Virus record (IMG/VR): IMGVR_UViG_3300022188_000007 | Span: 80,486 to 144,485 of that record | DNA length: 64,000 nucleotides | Source of the DNA: a virus | Direction: 5' to 3' (one strand) | In this document: positions 49,101-58,042 of the stretch, piece after piece | Position numbering within the stretch: the first letter of the stretch is position 1 | Layout: each line of letters starts with the position of its first letter | The notes under the pieces: generated by a model | The model's database searches: none | What the model was told of the DNA's origin: nothing | Seen by the model: the letters and a program-made list of their open reading frames with translations, nothing else | Position numbers and translations under genes: made by a program

Positions 49101-52100
49101 TGTTTGAGTTAAAGTCTCAGTTTATGCTAAGTACTTCTATTTGGTACCATGTAGCACTGGTTAGATTCAATGGTACTTTAGGCTTATACATAGATGGTAC
49201 AGCACATGATAGTATTTATATAGGTACAGCTGTTGAGGTAAATTTGGCAGCCACTCCACTAATATTAGGTAGATTTAATGAAGCATACTTTAAAGGTAGT
49301 TTAGATGAAGTAAGAATCATAAAACAACATGCTTATTGGAAACATAGTTTTGATCCTCCAGAAGTAGCATATACTAGTACTGTAGTGGGAGATAAAACTA
49401 GTGCTCGTTGGCTTAAAATACCAATGGTTTGTGGTGATAATATAGACCGTTATTTGCAATACATAGGTATATACCCCGAGATAACAATGGCGTATATGCC
49501 TGGCGGAGGCTATAATTGTGAGTGGGTACCTTTTGAAGTACCAAGTAGACTTACTAATTATATCACAAGTGCTAGGAATCTTGCCCCACACGGTACAATA
49601 CTAAATATAGCAGAAAAATACTATGAGTTTGAGACATCAGGTCTGCCTAGTTGGAACAACTTAACATACCCAGTTACTATTGCTTCAGGCATAGAACAGA
49701 CTAATTTTTCTGGTGAATTTCCTGATCCCATCTGGGAGTCTTACTCTGAAGATTTTACTAGTTTATATTCTAGCATATCTCGTGAGACTAAGGCATTAAA
49801 AATAGCCCTAACTTCAGATGAGGACGGTGTATGTAGTTTTAGAACTAAGGATGTATCAGGAGCGGCTACGTTTGAGATCGAGATTGATTATAGCATTAAT
49901 CATGTGTCATCTAGTAGACTTACTACCGAGTTGCATATATATAATGCTGATAGATCTCATACAATGTACCTAAAAAGAGAACTAGTTTCTGGAAGTTCAG
50001 CAGTGATATATTTTTGGAAGGATGCTTGGTATGTGACGTACAACACATTTATATCGGACTTACTTAAAGAAATCACCAAATTTAAAATTAGAAAACATGG
50101 GTATACTTTCACAGCATCCTACTTTAATCGTGTAGATAATGAGTGGGTAACTTTTGCGGACCATGAAAATTACGATTTCGGTTATGATGACCCTATATTT
50201 TTTGAATACTCGGTGGACAAGCTTGGTAACTTTCCTGAGAATACAATTAATATTACTAATGCAGTACTAACTGTAGATAATACTACTATTTCTGGCTCAG
50301 CTGGGTGGGGGATAAGGCCTATAGATGATGATGAAGACTTCTCTTGTCTGGAATATCTTACTCCTGAAGTCCTAACAGACTTTGGGCCGGTATTGGTTTT
50401 AGATGATTTAATAATTGGTAGAAAGATCCAGAACTTTGAATTTCGTTACTATAATGAAGGTGTAGGTGGCGGCGGATTTAGTATATTAGACAGTAATGGG
50501 GACGAAATATTAGGTTTAGCTACTAATTCTCCAGAATGGATGGTAAAATCTATTAATGGCTGGGAAGTAATAAACGATAACCCCTTTTCAGGTAATGACA
50601 GTTGGTATAAAGTTCTAGTTACTTTTGATTGGTCAGCTTTTACTGCTACTATTACTTGGCAAGCGGTTACTGCCAATGACTATGTAAGTCATACTGTTAG
50701 TTTAATTGAACAAACTAATGTGTCTACATTTCAAATAAGGACTATGACTGGTAGGTCTTGGGGTCTAAATTATCAGAAAATTAAATTCGATGATGTAATA
50801 ATTACTCCAGATTCTTACTGGATGCAAGATTGGCACCCATACAACTGTTTGTCTGGTGACGCATCTAATGAAGGGTATGAGTATTCTTGGGGTTTTCCAT
50901 CAATTGATCCTAAACCTACACTTACTTTAGATTTAGGTGGAATATATAATGTTAATAAATTTGTATTAACTCATCAAGCTTCTTCAGAAGCTACTGACTG
51001 GATGAACACTGCTTATACTATTTCATACGCTACATCTATTTCTGGAACATTTAGTCCTTTAGTAGAAGTAACAGGTAACACTGAGTCTAGTATAGAACAT
51101 TACCTTGATGATGCAGTTGAATGCTCTTTTATAAAACTAGAAATAGATGCCTACACTAAGCCAGCTGTAGCACCAATTATTACTGTGGAAGGCCAAAGCG
51201 ATACGACTGAATTTATAACCATAGATGGTGGCTTTTTAAGAGAGTTCGAGATATGGCAAGCAGATGATAATATAGCAATAAATTCACAAGATCACCCTGT
51301 AGTTTGTTTGGATCTAAGACATGCATTTAATGTTACAGGGCATAATTTAGAACTATATGGGGATTATCCTTGGGAAAAGAGTTGGCGTAATGATGAGGAA
51401 TTCTACCAATACTCAGATGACCCCACTTCTATTGCTAACGAGGTCTCTTTTACATCACCAGCTCAAGCTTCAGTACCTTTCTTTTACTCTGGTGAGTACT
51501 TAGATGTTAATCGTACCGGAGGTCCTGTTATATTAACATCCTCTGTTTTCTTAGCCAAGGGAAACTATGCAATACGTTGGAGTATATATAGACCTGACAC
51601 CTCTGAATTAGTACACATGGATATTATTGGCCCTTCTTCATACACAGTTACTTCCTCTATAGTATCGGAAGGTTGGGTTACTCAATCTAGCACTCTTAAT
51701 TTGGCTGAGTCTGGTTATTATACAGTACAAGTAAGGGCTTTACCTACAAGTCTTACAGGTACCTGGGGGGTAAGAGCTGTTAGTTTTGAAAATGCCCAGG
51801 CAACCTCAAAATGGCTGGCTCTTCGTAGAATTACTGCAGAGAATTTTACGTATGATTGGAGAGACCCATCACAATACATCGATGAGGATGCTAGAGGGAT
51901 AGCTCCAGGAATAGATTATTTAAAAAAAGTGCTAGTATATACAACAAACCATCTTCGTCCTACAGAATGTAGTTGGTGGTGGGACTCTGGTATGAGTGTT
52001 TTAGAGAATGATACTATTAATACTAAAGAGGGCTTTCGTTCCCTGAAAATAACTTACCCAGACTCAGATAGGTCAGATTTTATTAGACTTATAGAGGGAG

Positions 52101-53335
52101 ATACCTTTGGGATGGATGACCAATATTCATTTAAAGACTCTTTAAGCATGTGGTTATACGTGAGTGATGTGGACAAACTAGATATAACTACAGGAGGTAT
52201 AGCATTTGGTTGTTTCGAAGGCTGGGCTAGCGTAGTTACATGGGATAATCACTTAGATAAATCCTTTGATTGGATTAAAATCAAGAGTAACCTACAGACT
52301 TGGAATTTTAGCGATATGAATTTAAAAACAGGCTGGAATCGGGTTAGATTACGTTTTGATGAGTATGATATTACTTATCCGCCTGCTGATATTAATACTG
52401 GGGTTCTAGACTCTGTATTAAATTATCGTGTAAATAGAACTTCTTCTTTTGGTATGGTATTTACTGGAAAAGGTGAAAGTTTTCATATGTTTTTAGACGG
52501 CATAAAAATAGAAAGAAACTATTTCTACGACGACGTAGTTTTTGGTGATAAAGGATTATGTTTAACTTGGGGTGAGTTCGCAGAGATGCCTTTAAGCGGC
52601 ACCAGCCTTAGGAGAGGTGCTATAGAAATGTGGTTAAAGTTATATACAGGGTCTAATGGGGTTGATATATATGAACATGTAGCTTCTAGAACTATATTTA
52701 CTTTAATAAATAATAGTGATGAGTGTATTACTCTAAGTATAAGAGGCTCCCATTGGTTTGAGATAGGCATAGGAAATATCAAGGCGGGTTTTTCTCAACT
52801 GTATGTTGATGCGCTTGAGTATGATTTAAGTAACTTCACTTTTGGTATAGGGGATATTTTTCATGTAGCCCTAGCTTGGAGCCATGATGGTACAGAAATG
52901 TCCAATAATAATACTTTGCGTTTATTTATAAATGGAGTGGAATGTCTTTCTTCTAATTCAACGTGGGGGATCTCAGATAATAAAGGAACATTACTACGAT
53001 TAGGTGGGGGGAACTCATACTTATCTACCAATGATAATGATGATGGAAGCGCCATCTTTAGTAATGTTAAACTGTATAATTACTGCAAGGAAGAGTATGA
53101 CTTAAATGAACAAGCACCTAAAATATATGATGCGGCGTCTTCTAACTCCTTTTTACGTTTGTCTGCCGATAATATTACTTTTTATGGGAGTACCTCAGTG
53201 GAGCTACCAATGGTGTTTGAAGCTATTCAACCAGGTGATGAGGTAAAAGTTTACACTAAAGTAGATAAAACTAAACCTGAATTATATAATCAATTCACAG
53301 GAACCATCACTGTTGATTGGGAGGTACCAGTATAA
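43160..53335 (+). CDS. Giant modular tail-fibre/adhesin protein (3,391 aa; CBM-like, discoidin and three LamG/ConA-like domains)
   Basis: TTG start with SD aaggag. LamG signatures lie at ~47930-48550 (AKFGNSSMYFNG...DFTIDVW...WSHIAVV...GYMDAFRV...FTPP), ~48770-49370 and ~52540-53090. A discoidin-like LDLG..YNVNKF...FIKLEI...LREFEIW and an N-terminal galactose-binding-like domain (WQGDINNVRIYP) are also present. Confidence 0.8.
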   Translation: MKTNYNLLKDAYSIKNISTCQYDSLHGYVSDFSKNGDVDGWDIYSNICLYGVWDTVLFGTSLDRECYISRTNIFIPIPAESYHIMKVTMKLTLPDDLPEQFIPTKGRLMWQTVADPSWSEQKSIDFDLIVNDQWYSYIINTGESQYWQGDINNVRIYPFTDGKPEIRFTIKAINIDSTDYFQCINTQCDYYSKYSHPCEGIGKRASITSGIPKETFTTVSGLNDKLLLNIDGYGDQQINLGNFTNITGSDMAKVLVNRISLVDVGQYTYVESTFDYTQNTLIIHSGSSTEGGTISIGGPAAEILGFFNELGEDVSVETIGKSPASGFDYSASRRLKGFEINALIDSDEEHTAYYHNPNQYTVEAGRSDFIDSMSSSHAPRPIDIDYYKEIDGNNKLIIDGSHPVNDSGRLTLIKVNGTRCKDVDENMFVSSRFSSSFSKVVLLRTYRMTDVETSFVQIIYTATIEDPEKGAVHTSDDVTYSIEVDWLVNKGDLIGFYNFNVLCPHSMQQRQPNAVYFEVAGMPEGKFSIGKPAAKGVIGLSFYARSSRIQENIQLEIDLGRRANIADLHVHGEELKTDYEYNVAACLDVTWEVNLHNDTHWHDVNHCYTGVVGRKVEHRNKAYGLECLDDCITTPDNGQQGSTYTSNSHGGSLHWDGSNYIQNDDPDTYSGLVTIGEHSYFYVNGDGEWNSAECGATGDEDAAYRYMEFQSPWTTGEPYDYEFDPLTFTLLFPPGRQVKIHKTAIYFKESNNFKHLSLSYYLGEFGGNGDAEEIHWKYVPTFTSVDLDGTMLYEGLTDGERRSQQYDDIYFSNPWPWGKPEYVNGVCTNWDIYQTLMNERMNTLKHYFEPVECYGFRYHNEWHKSTKITEIEVFSYLYIEPSLLDNVSMYSSVYSNEWHELSFTADEDDDEKITAHVSGSPRYFKLEIKSQDIFKLKELNATISMEYIKDLDCYNTISADYAPKGIVTESKELIIENTYDIPLNLIVDIPTSLFKQDDILSWVRFDSEDSTINAEIGPGAIVRKNPDYPLYMADGQIANNCIAYYLKNMIDNKPSYQFINNYKWTFYKTLHHNEDVAYTNDPTGKQYSVSFDKVSSKYWKLGVFDTGRYELNSFKLYNGLSLLDNYNIYIQARTDFFSGKFKTSIDPITGNILPVSVVEDDFSNSTYLDYWDYDFGLNPGNNNLVEAYDSIFPYLDGWGMAAINKTFWPGALSFSVDIHFKFGLPSSLKYTVELLDEDERVLFTMELTGQGDDTATLDIWATYPISQEMKHLQYWGTDPMLYAGGQSITNPDSKDLIFSVEKVGNTFSYISLDTVDGANIFNTTSQLSFPDRVSKLNIRYENMSSDEYYTQTTKVSTSSVVVQALPYLSAQEFIAFDFNDSEPVDKFEIVHTQSELLKPAILIGNLDKDDYIFWAYSFAKTGDLTPVSRSIYSNNGFYNSGNNALDSNPWNLFSDAWNFYFTHCSCYVKYDFGAGNARVINYLYYTPYASTTYQTPDIVQVYGTNEYGDTFDPESSSNKLLIEFDINKYGSTHAYNEEYFTNNNYYRFLIIYWPRKEDNTWNTLLLSKKMRFGRKFNDFNPYNSITNEQEILLIHSDNEATDIEFIDSSYYSHLLYKAGAPTHSTTVAKFGNSSMYFNGGNSFIKVGEDSPASEAYFDFADNDFTIDVWIYMTIHTTYRRVCSTRSVGGTGMIVTIHANGTLYFQDTTAGIVYSSHYIPLNQWSHIAVVGHEGTIKLYLNGVADPATLVQGVLSPPDSIFIIGRVINQGSYSFYGYMDAFRVNNGRALWTEDFTPPEFIKTFENSVLTAATEEDYTNYLAIDLQQLHNVDFLRNSGPNENLKNIWNTSEIDYSGSDTANIDEVEWKGSAPVLLLNFENFTDSSESEHVLVKEGDVTISTIGSAVTPNGHAVFNGGTISIDTSGDFNLYAEEFTIDFRVLRAGAGYEGIISRTSALNSTSSFSFTFGVDDYLVATVYSGGSLFELKSQFMLSTSIWYHVALVRFNGTLGLYIDGTAHDSIYIGTAVEVNLAATPLILGRFNEAYFKGSLDEVRIIKQHAYWKHSFDPPEVAYTSTVVGDKTSARWLKIPMVCGDNIDRYLQYIGIYPEITMAYMPGGGYNCEWVPFEVPSRLTNYITSARNLAPHGTILNIAEKYYEFETSGLPSWNNLTYPVTIASGIEQTNFSGEFPDPIWESYSEDFTSLYSSISRETKALKIALTSDEDGVCSFRTKDVSGAATFEIEIDYSINHVSSSRLTTELHIYNADRSHTMYLKRELVSGSSAVIYFWKDAWYVTYNTFISDLLKEITKFKIRKHGYTFTASYFNRVDNEWVTFADHENYDFGYDDPIFFEYSVDKLGNFPENTINITNAVLTVDNTTISGSAGWGIRPIDDDEDFSCLEYLTPEVLTDFGPVLVLDDLIIGRKIQNFEFRYYNEGVGGGGFSILDSNGDEILGLATNSPEWMVKSINGWEVINDNPFSGNDSWYKVLVTFDWSAFTATITWQAVTANDYVSHTVSLIEQTNVSTFQIRTMTGRSWGLNYQKIKFDDVIITPDSYWMQDWHPYNCLSGDASNEGYEYSWGFPSIDPKPTLTLDLGGIYNVNKFVLTHQASSEATDWMNTAYTISYATSISGTFSPLVEVTGNTESSIEHYLDDAVECSFIKLEIDAYTKPAVAPIITVEGQSDTTEFITIDGGFLREFEIWQADDNIAINSQDHPVVCLDLRHAFNVTGHNLELYGDYPWEKSWRNDEEFYQYSDDPTSIANEVSFTSPAQASVPFFYSGEYLDVNRTGGPVILTSSVFLAKGNYAIRWSIYRPDTSELVHMDIIGPSSYTVTSSIVSEGWVTQSSTLNLAESGYYTVQVRALPTSLTGTWGVRAVSFENAQATSKWLALRRITAENFTYDWRDPSQYIDEDARGIAPGIDYLKKVLVYTTNHLRPTECSWWWDSGMSVLENDTINTKEGFRSLKITYPDSDRSDFIRLIEGDTFGMDDQYSFKDSLSMWLYVSDVDKLDITTGGIAFGCFEGWASVVTWDNHLDKSFDWIKIKSNLQTWNFSDMNLKTGWNRVRLRFDEYDITYPPADINTGVLDSVLNYRVNRTSSFGMVFTGKGESFHMFLDGIKIERNYFYDDVVFGDKGLCLTWGEFAEMPLSGTSLRRGAIEMWLKLYTGSNGVDIYEHVASRTIFTLINNSDECITLSIRGSHWFEIGIGNIKAGFSQLYVDALEYDLSNFTFGIGDIFHVALAWSHDGTEMSNNNTLRLFINGVECLSSNSTWGISDNKGTLLRLGGGNSYLSTNDNDDGSAIFSNVKLYNYCKEEYDLNEQAPKIYDAASSNSFLRLSADNITFYGSTSVELPMVFEAIQPGDEVKVYTKVDKTKPELYNQFTGTITVDWEVPV

Positions 53336-53349
53336 GGAGAAACTAATAT

Positions 53350-56019
53350 ATGTCAAATTATAATTTAATACATAGTGGATTAATTGAAACTAACACTTCA
53401 GGCACTAAACAACTAAATACTGAAGAACTTACTCTTCTGTATGATGGTAACACAGTGACTTCAGGGGTAACGCTCATCGATACCGATATTTTATATATAG
53501 ATATAGATCTATATAATAGGGTGAATGTAGAAGATTTTAAATTATACATAAATGTGCCTGATCGTCAGGCATCTTTAGTAAGTGTAAACTTTTATTATAA
53601 AAATAATATAATTGATGATTATACTTTATGTTCTAAGGAACAAGATATCGATGCTTTTTATCCTATCAATTTACCTGAATTATTCGCCCCAAGATTTTGT
53701 AGGATAGTTATAGATTCATTGGAGTGCACTATACTTGAGATCAGCTTGACCAACGATGATGATCAGGTAGCCTTTGGTGAAGATGGAAATCAGTCACTAG
53801 TTACAGTTGATCACACATATGGAAATTATACTACTTTACCCATCTTTAATAATGCTGCTATTGATACACCTGTAGTGAACGCTTATGTTTTAGTAGACTA
53901 TCAGGAAAATGAGTCTGATTTTTATTTAACCTTAAGTCCTTCTTTTGATGGTGAATATGAAGGGTTGGCTGATGGAGCTTTTATAAAAACAGACGACACA
54001 TCGTTTAAATATACCTGGTCTAGGGGCATGTTTGATGGTACAGTAGTTATTGGGGATACTATACAGACTGATCCTAATTACTATGGGTCTACTTATAATT
54101 ACACTACTCCTGTAGTTTCATTGGGAGATCCTTTAATGTCTTCTTTTCTAATTACTAGGCAGACTATTACTAGTGGTACTAATATTACCTGGGGGGACCC
54201 AAATAATAAATCTACAGTTAAAGTATTTAGTTCCAATACGGCTCCCATAGCATTCACTAAATTTTTTATTACAAGTACTTCAGTAGATTTTACTGTGAGT
54301 ATCTACAAAGCTGATCTAGCTAATGGTGCGCTAGAAGAGTATAAAACTATTCAAACTACTTCTACTGCGGATAACACAGTACTATTTGATAAAACTTCCG
54401 GCACTTTTTTGATTCTTTTGATAAATAATCAAGTAGTTCGTTATAAATACAATGAAGCTAGTGCCTTTGGTGCAATAACTTATTCCACTAGCTCTACTGA
54501 TAATAAGTTTAAGGATAATTGGGCTGTGGATGGTTATGGTAATGTTTGGGGGTATGTAAGTAATTCTGGGTATAAATTAAGATTCTTAAATGGTGTGTCA
54601 TTAGAAGCAACTACTGTGTTGACCGACGCGGCTATCCCTTTTGTCACAGATTTAGCAGTTAATTTAAGATACGCTAGTTGCTGGTTTACAGATCCTGGGG
54701 TCAAGATGCTCAAACATGTTGATGCTGATGGAGTAATGTTGGTTAGTAAGTCTATGAATAACCCCACGTATTTGACTTCTCTATATGATGGGGGATGTTT
54801 AGTTGTAGATGTAGGAACTACACTTATTACACGTGTAGATTACTTTGGAGAAACAATAGCAGAAATAAATTTTTCCTCTATTTATGAAATTATAGATATT
54901 GACTATAGTATTTCTGAGGAAAGTACGACCGCTCTTCATGAACGCTTTTGGGTATTGACACATAATGGTTATGTGTTTCAATATACTTTTGATGGTTTAA
55001 TTATATCAGAAGCAAGATATATTTCAGCTACTAGTATACATGCTTTTCTAGGCGGATGTTTAATACATTGTACCTCTTTAAATAAAACCTACCAATTAAA
55101 CTCTAATGGTGAACAAACTAGAGTTTGGGATTATACTGGATTAGATACTATGGGGCCAGTCCCTTGCCCAATTGACATGTCTTATGAAGAATACCTAGAA
55201 CAAGCTGAATCAGCTAGTATTTTACCGATAAATTCTGATCCTGTATGGGGAGTTGGTACTGACATAGATTGGAAGGAGGTTAAAAGTGACGGGTATTTGT
55301 TACCCTTTGCTAATTATCATCAACTGAAGTATAATTTTACACCTTTAGTTATAAACGACTTATGCTTGAATGGCGACTTTGAGACTGGTGACCTTACTGG
55401 TTGGGTAGAAACTAATTCTGGTTTTGAGATAACCACTATAGACCCACGAGAGGGCTCATACTGCCTTAGATTAATTCAGTCTGAGAACGATGGTACTGTA
55501 CATCGATATATAGATTTATCTACTTATACTGGTATAGATTTTGACCTACTAGATAATAATTTACAAGGGTATGTATTTAATGTTAACTATTGGATTAAAA
55601 AGAACGATATGCATTACACCTCTTATTACAGCACCGTTACTGTAGAATTTTATGATACGGAGTCACATGAAATAGATAATACTAGTTTGTATGCTAAACA
55701 TGGCTATGAAATTTCAGATGGTTTATGGTATAATGAATGGTTACAAAGTAAAGTACCAAGTGGGACGAGGTTTATAAAAATAATAGTCTATTCCTTTCAT
55801 CATGTTGCATATAATTCACAGGCCTTTGATGGATTTAAAGCGCAACTAATGCATTCTCCAGAACTTGATTTAGTGGGAGTCCCTAAACCCATCAAACTCG
55901 AAGATATTATGCCACAGACTTCAAAAAACATCTATCTTAAAACAGATTTCCCACCAGGGACCGCCAACAGTGAGTATGTAACTCAATTAAAATGTTGGTG
56001 GGGGAGTAAGGAGGAATAA
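53350..56019 (+). CDS. Tail-associated protein with beta-propeller-like and carbohydrate-binding-like domains (889 aa)
   Basis: Propeller-like repeats (WAVDGYGNVW, CWFTD, GGCLVVD) and a CBM-like NGDFETGDLTGW...VPSGTRFIKI...AFDG. Confidence 0.7.
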   Translation: MSNYNLIHSGLIETNTSGTKQLNTEELTLLYDGNTVTSGVTLIDTDILYIDIDLYNRVNVEDFKLYINVPDRQASLVSVNFYYKNNIIDDYTLCSKEQDIDAFYPINLPELFAPRFCRIVIDSLECTILEISLTNDDDQVAFGEDGNQSLVTVDHTYGNYTTLPIFNNAAIDTPVVNAYVLVDYQENESDFYLTLSPSFDGEYEGLADGAFIKTDDTSFKYTWSRGMFDGTVVIGDTIQTDPNYYGSTYNYTTPVVSLGDPLMSSFLITRQTITSGTNITWGDPNNKSTVKVFSSNTAPIAFTKFFITSTSVDFTVSIYKADLANGALEEYKTIQTTSTADNTVLFDKTSGTFLILLINNQVVRYKYNEASAFGAITYSTSSTDNKFKDNWAVDGYGNVWGYVSNSGYKLRFLNGVSLEATTVLTDAAIPFVTDLAVNLRYASCWFTDPGVKMLKHVDADGVMLVSKSMNNPTYLTSLYDGGCLVVDVGTTLITRVDYFGETIAEINFSSIYEIIDIDYSISEESTTALHERFWVLTHNGYVFQYTFDGLIISEARYISATSIHAFLGGCLIHCTSLNKTYQLNSNGEQTRVWDYTGLDTMGPVPCPIDMSYEEYLEQAESASILPINSDPVWGVGTDIDWKEVKSDGYLLPFANYHQLKYNFTPLVINDLCLNGDFETGDLTGWVETNSGFEITTIDPREGSYCLRLIQSENDGTVHRYIDLSTYTGIDFDLLDNNLQGYVFNVNYWIKKNDMHYTSYYSTVTVEFYDTESHEIDNTSLYAKHGYEISDGLWYNEWLQSKVPSGTRFIKIIVYSFHHVAYNSQAFDGFKAQLMHSPELDLVGVPKPIKLEDIMPQTSKNIYLKTDFPPGTANSEYVTQLKCWWGSKEE

Positions 56020-56021
56020 AT

Positions 56022-57983
56022 ATGGAAGCAACTTTTAATAGTACTAATTCATTTAATGTTGATGGAGATAAAACTGCTGAATTCTTAGAGAACAGGCGGA
56101 TTAAATTAGATTGCGGTGAAGACGGTATTAGGTATGCTTCTATAATTTCAGCTACTTTTACCTCTAGCACCTTGATTACTATAGATGAGGCTGCAGCAAC
56201 AGTTAATCTTATAGAGGTATGGTACAGTGTGGTTAAGCCGGGACTGGAGGGTAATTTACCCGACCATTTTCATTCAACTACTGAAGGAGATGGTGGGTAT
56301 ATTACATCATCGTCAGGTCTTGTTTATAATTTTTTAGATCTTACTGACACTTCTTCTACTTATTCTGGTACTGAGAATATGTATGCGCAGTCCACAGGTT
56401 CTGGGGTAGAGTGGGCTACAATTACGGTAACTTCCGGAATAGATGGTATAGATGGGCTAGATGGATTAGACGGTGCTAGTTGGCTTACAGCTTCTGGGGT
56501 TCCAACACAAGAAATGGGCTCCGCAGAGGATTTATTCCTAGATTTAGTTACTTATGATATTTACACAAAAGATGATCCTACTTATGGATCTACAAATTTA
56601 TTTACTGACGCCGGAGGGACTGCTTCTGCAAGTAGTACCTTTTCAACACTTGTTCCCGCTCAAGCAGTAGATGGTAATATTTCTACTTCTTGGATGGGTG
56701 GTAGTGCTGTGAGCTGGTGGAAATATGAATTCCCAGAAAGCCTCCTTATATCAAAATTGAGTGTATTACCTATGAATCAAGGAGCTTCTAACCAGGTTAA
56801 AGACTTTGAAGTTTATGGTTCCAATAACGATGCAGATTGGGATTTACTGACTTCTGGCCAGATAGATAATGTGAACGCGTTTTATGATATAAACTTCTCT
56901 AATTCAGTGCCATATAGTTTTATTAGATTTAATGTTTTAACTGTCTATGCAAACTATGCGGCAATGGACGAAATTCAGGCATTTCAAGTGGATGATGTAG
57001 CTTGGAGAAAAATAGGTAATATAAGTGGTGGAGAAGGAGAAGGAGGGGGCGACTATACTTTTATAGCTCTTACAGACACACCTTCTACCTATTCTGGAAC
57101 AGAAGGTCAATACCTCCAATCTACCGGCTCTGGGGTTCAATGGGGACATGTTGCTAATATTTCTTCTGGTGCACCACCACCTTCGGTCGTATGCCCCGGT
57201 GATGTAGGGGATTTTTATATAACTACCAATGATAATGATATATACGAAAAAAGTGACGTTCCTCCCGAGTCAGTTTCTTTTAAATCCATTATAATAGACA
57301 TTACAGATAACTGGGGAGACACTTCTTTTTTAGGAATTAGGTCAGTAGAATTTAAAAATGATGATGCATTAATTTCTTTAGCTGACGAGGATATCACGTG
57401 CTATTCCACTTCTGAGTATGCAACAGTTTATGGCCCTAAATATACATTTATAACATCTACTTCTAAAACAGCATCCTGGTCAGAAAACCAATGGCTGGCC
57501 GGTAATGGCTTTGTAACAAATCAACGAATAATATGTGTTTTAGATACCCCTATTGAATTTAATTCTGTGGTTGTTAATAACTCTCATAATGGGGGCGGTT
57601 ATGAAACTTCTGGTGCAAAAAATATAAAAATACATGGATCTACTGATGAGATAACCAACACAACCTATGATTCTGTTATATCTAATGCCGCGTTAATTTT
57701 TTCAGATCAACTTGCTACCCATTTAGTGCCTACTAATGTTATAGATGACCAAATATTGGATTTAATACTAGATACATCTACTAGTTGGGTTAAAGTATTA
57801 GATGCAAAAAACAATTTTATTGCACTAGATGATACCCCCACTACTTATTCAGGAGGGCAATACTTAAGAACTACGGCATCTGGAATAGAAGCCATAGATG
57901 GTATAATTGTGAAAGCACCTAATGAATCTGAATGGCTAATACAAGTCACTAATTCAGGAACCTTATACACTACGGCTATGTAA
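56022..57983 (+). CDS. Tail fibre protein with discoidin domain, short collagen-like stretch and F-x-x-L-x-DT-x-x-TYSG repeats (653 aa)
   Basis: Fibre repeats at 56331, 57060 and 57816. GIDGIDGLDGLDG at 56436-56474. F5/8-type ASASS...AVDGN...WWKYEF...VKDFEVYGSNN..W. Confidence 0.75.
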   Translation: MEATFNSTNSFNVDGDKTAEFLENRRIKLDCGEDGIRYASIISATFTSSTLITIDEAAATVNLIEVWYSVVKPGLEGNLPDHFHSTTEGDGGYITSSSGLVYNFLDLTDTSSTYSGTENMYAQSTGSGVEWATITVTSGIDGIDGLDGLDGASWLTASGVPTQEMGSAEDLFLDLVTYDIYTKDDPTYGSTNLFTDAGGTASASSTFSTLVPAQAVDGNISTSWMGGSAVSWWKYEFPESLLISKLSVLPMNQGASNQVKDFEVYGSNNDADWDLLTSGQIDNVNAFYDINFSNSVPYSFIRFNVLTVYANYAAMDEIQAFQVDDVAWRKIGNISGGEGEGGGDYTFIALTDTPSTYSGTEGQYLQSTGSGVQWGHVANISSGAPPPSVVCPGDVGDFYITTNDNDIYEKSDVPPESVSFKSIIIDITDNWGDTSFLGIRSVEFKNDDALISLADEDITCYSTSEYATVYGPKYTFITSTSKTASWSENQWLAGNGFVTNQRIICVLDTPIEFNSVVVNNSHNGGGYETSGAKNIKIHGSTDEITNTTYDSVISNAALIFSDQLATHLVPTNVIDDQILDLILDTSTSWVKVLDAKNNFIALDDTPTTYSGGQYLRTTASGIEAIDGIIVKAPNESEWLIQVTNSGTLYTTAM

Positions 57984-57985
57984 TA

Positions 57986-58006
57986 AAGTATCCTCTATAT
58001 TAACAG
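57986..58006 (+). promoter_or_regulatory. Candidate phage late-promoter motif, copy 3, divergent (AAGTATCCTCTATATTAACAG)
   Basis: Intergenic, same 21-bp length and same AAGTA.CCT...AG frame as the copies at 20225 and 29940. Confidence 0.45.
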
Positions 58007-58042
58007 AACTATAAATTTAAATTTATAATGGGAGAATAATTT

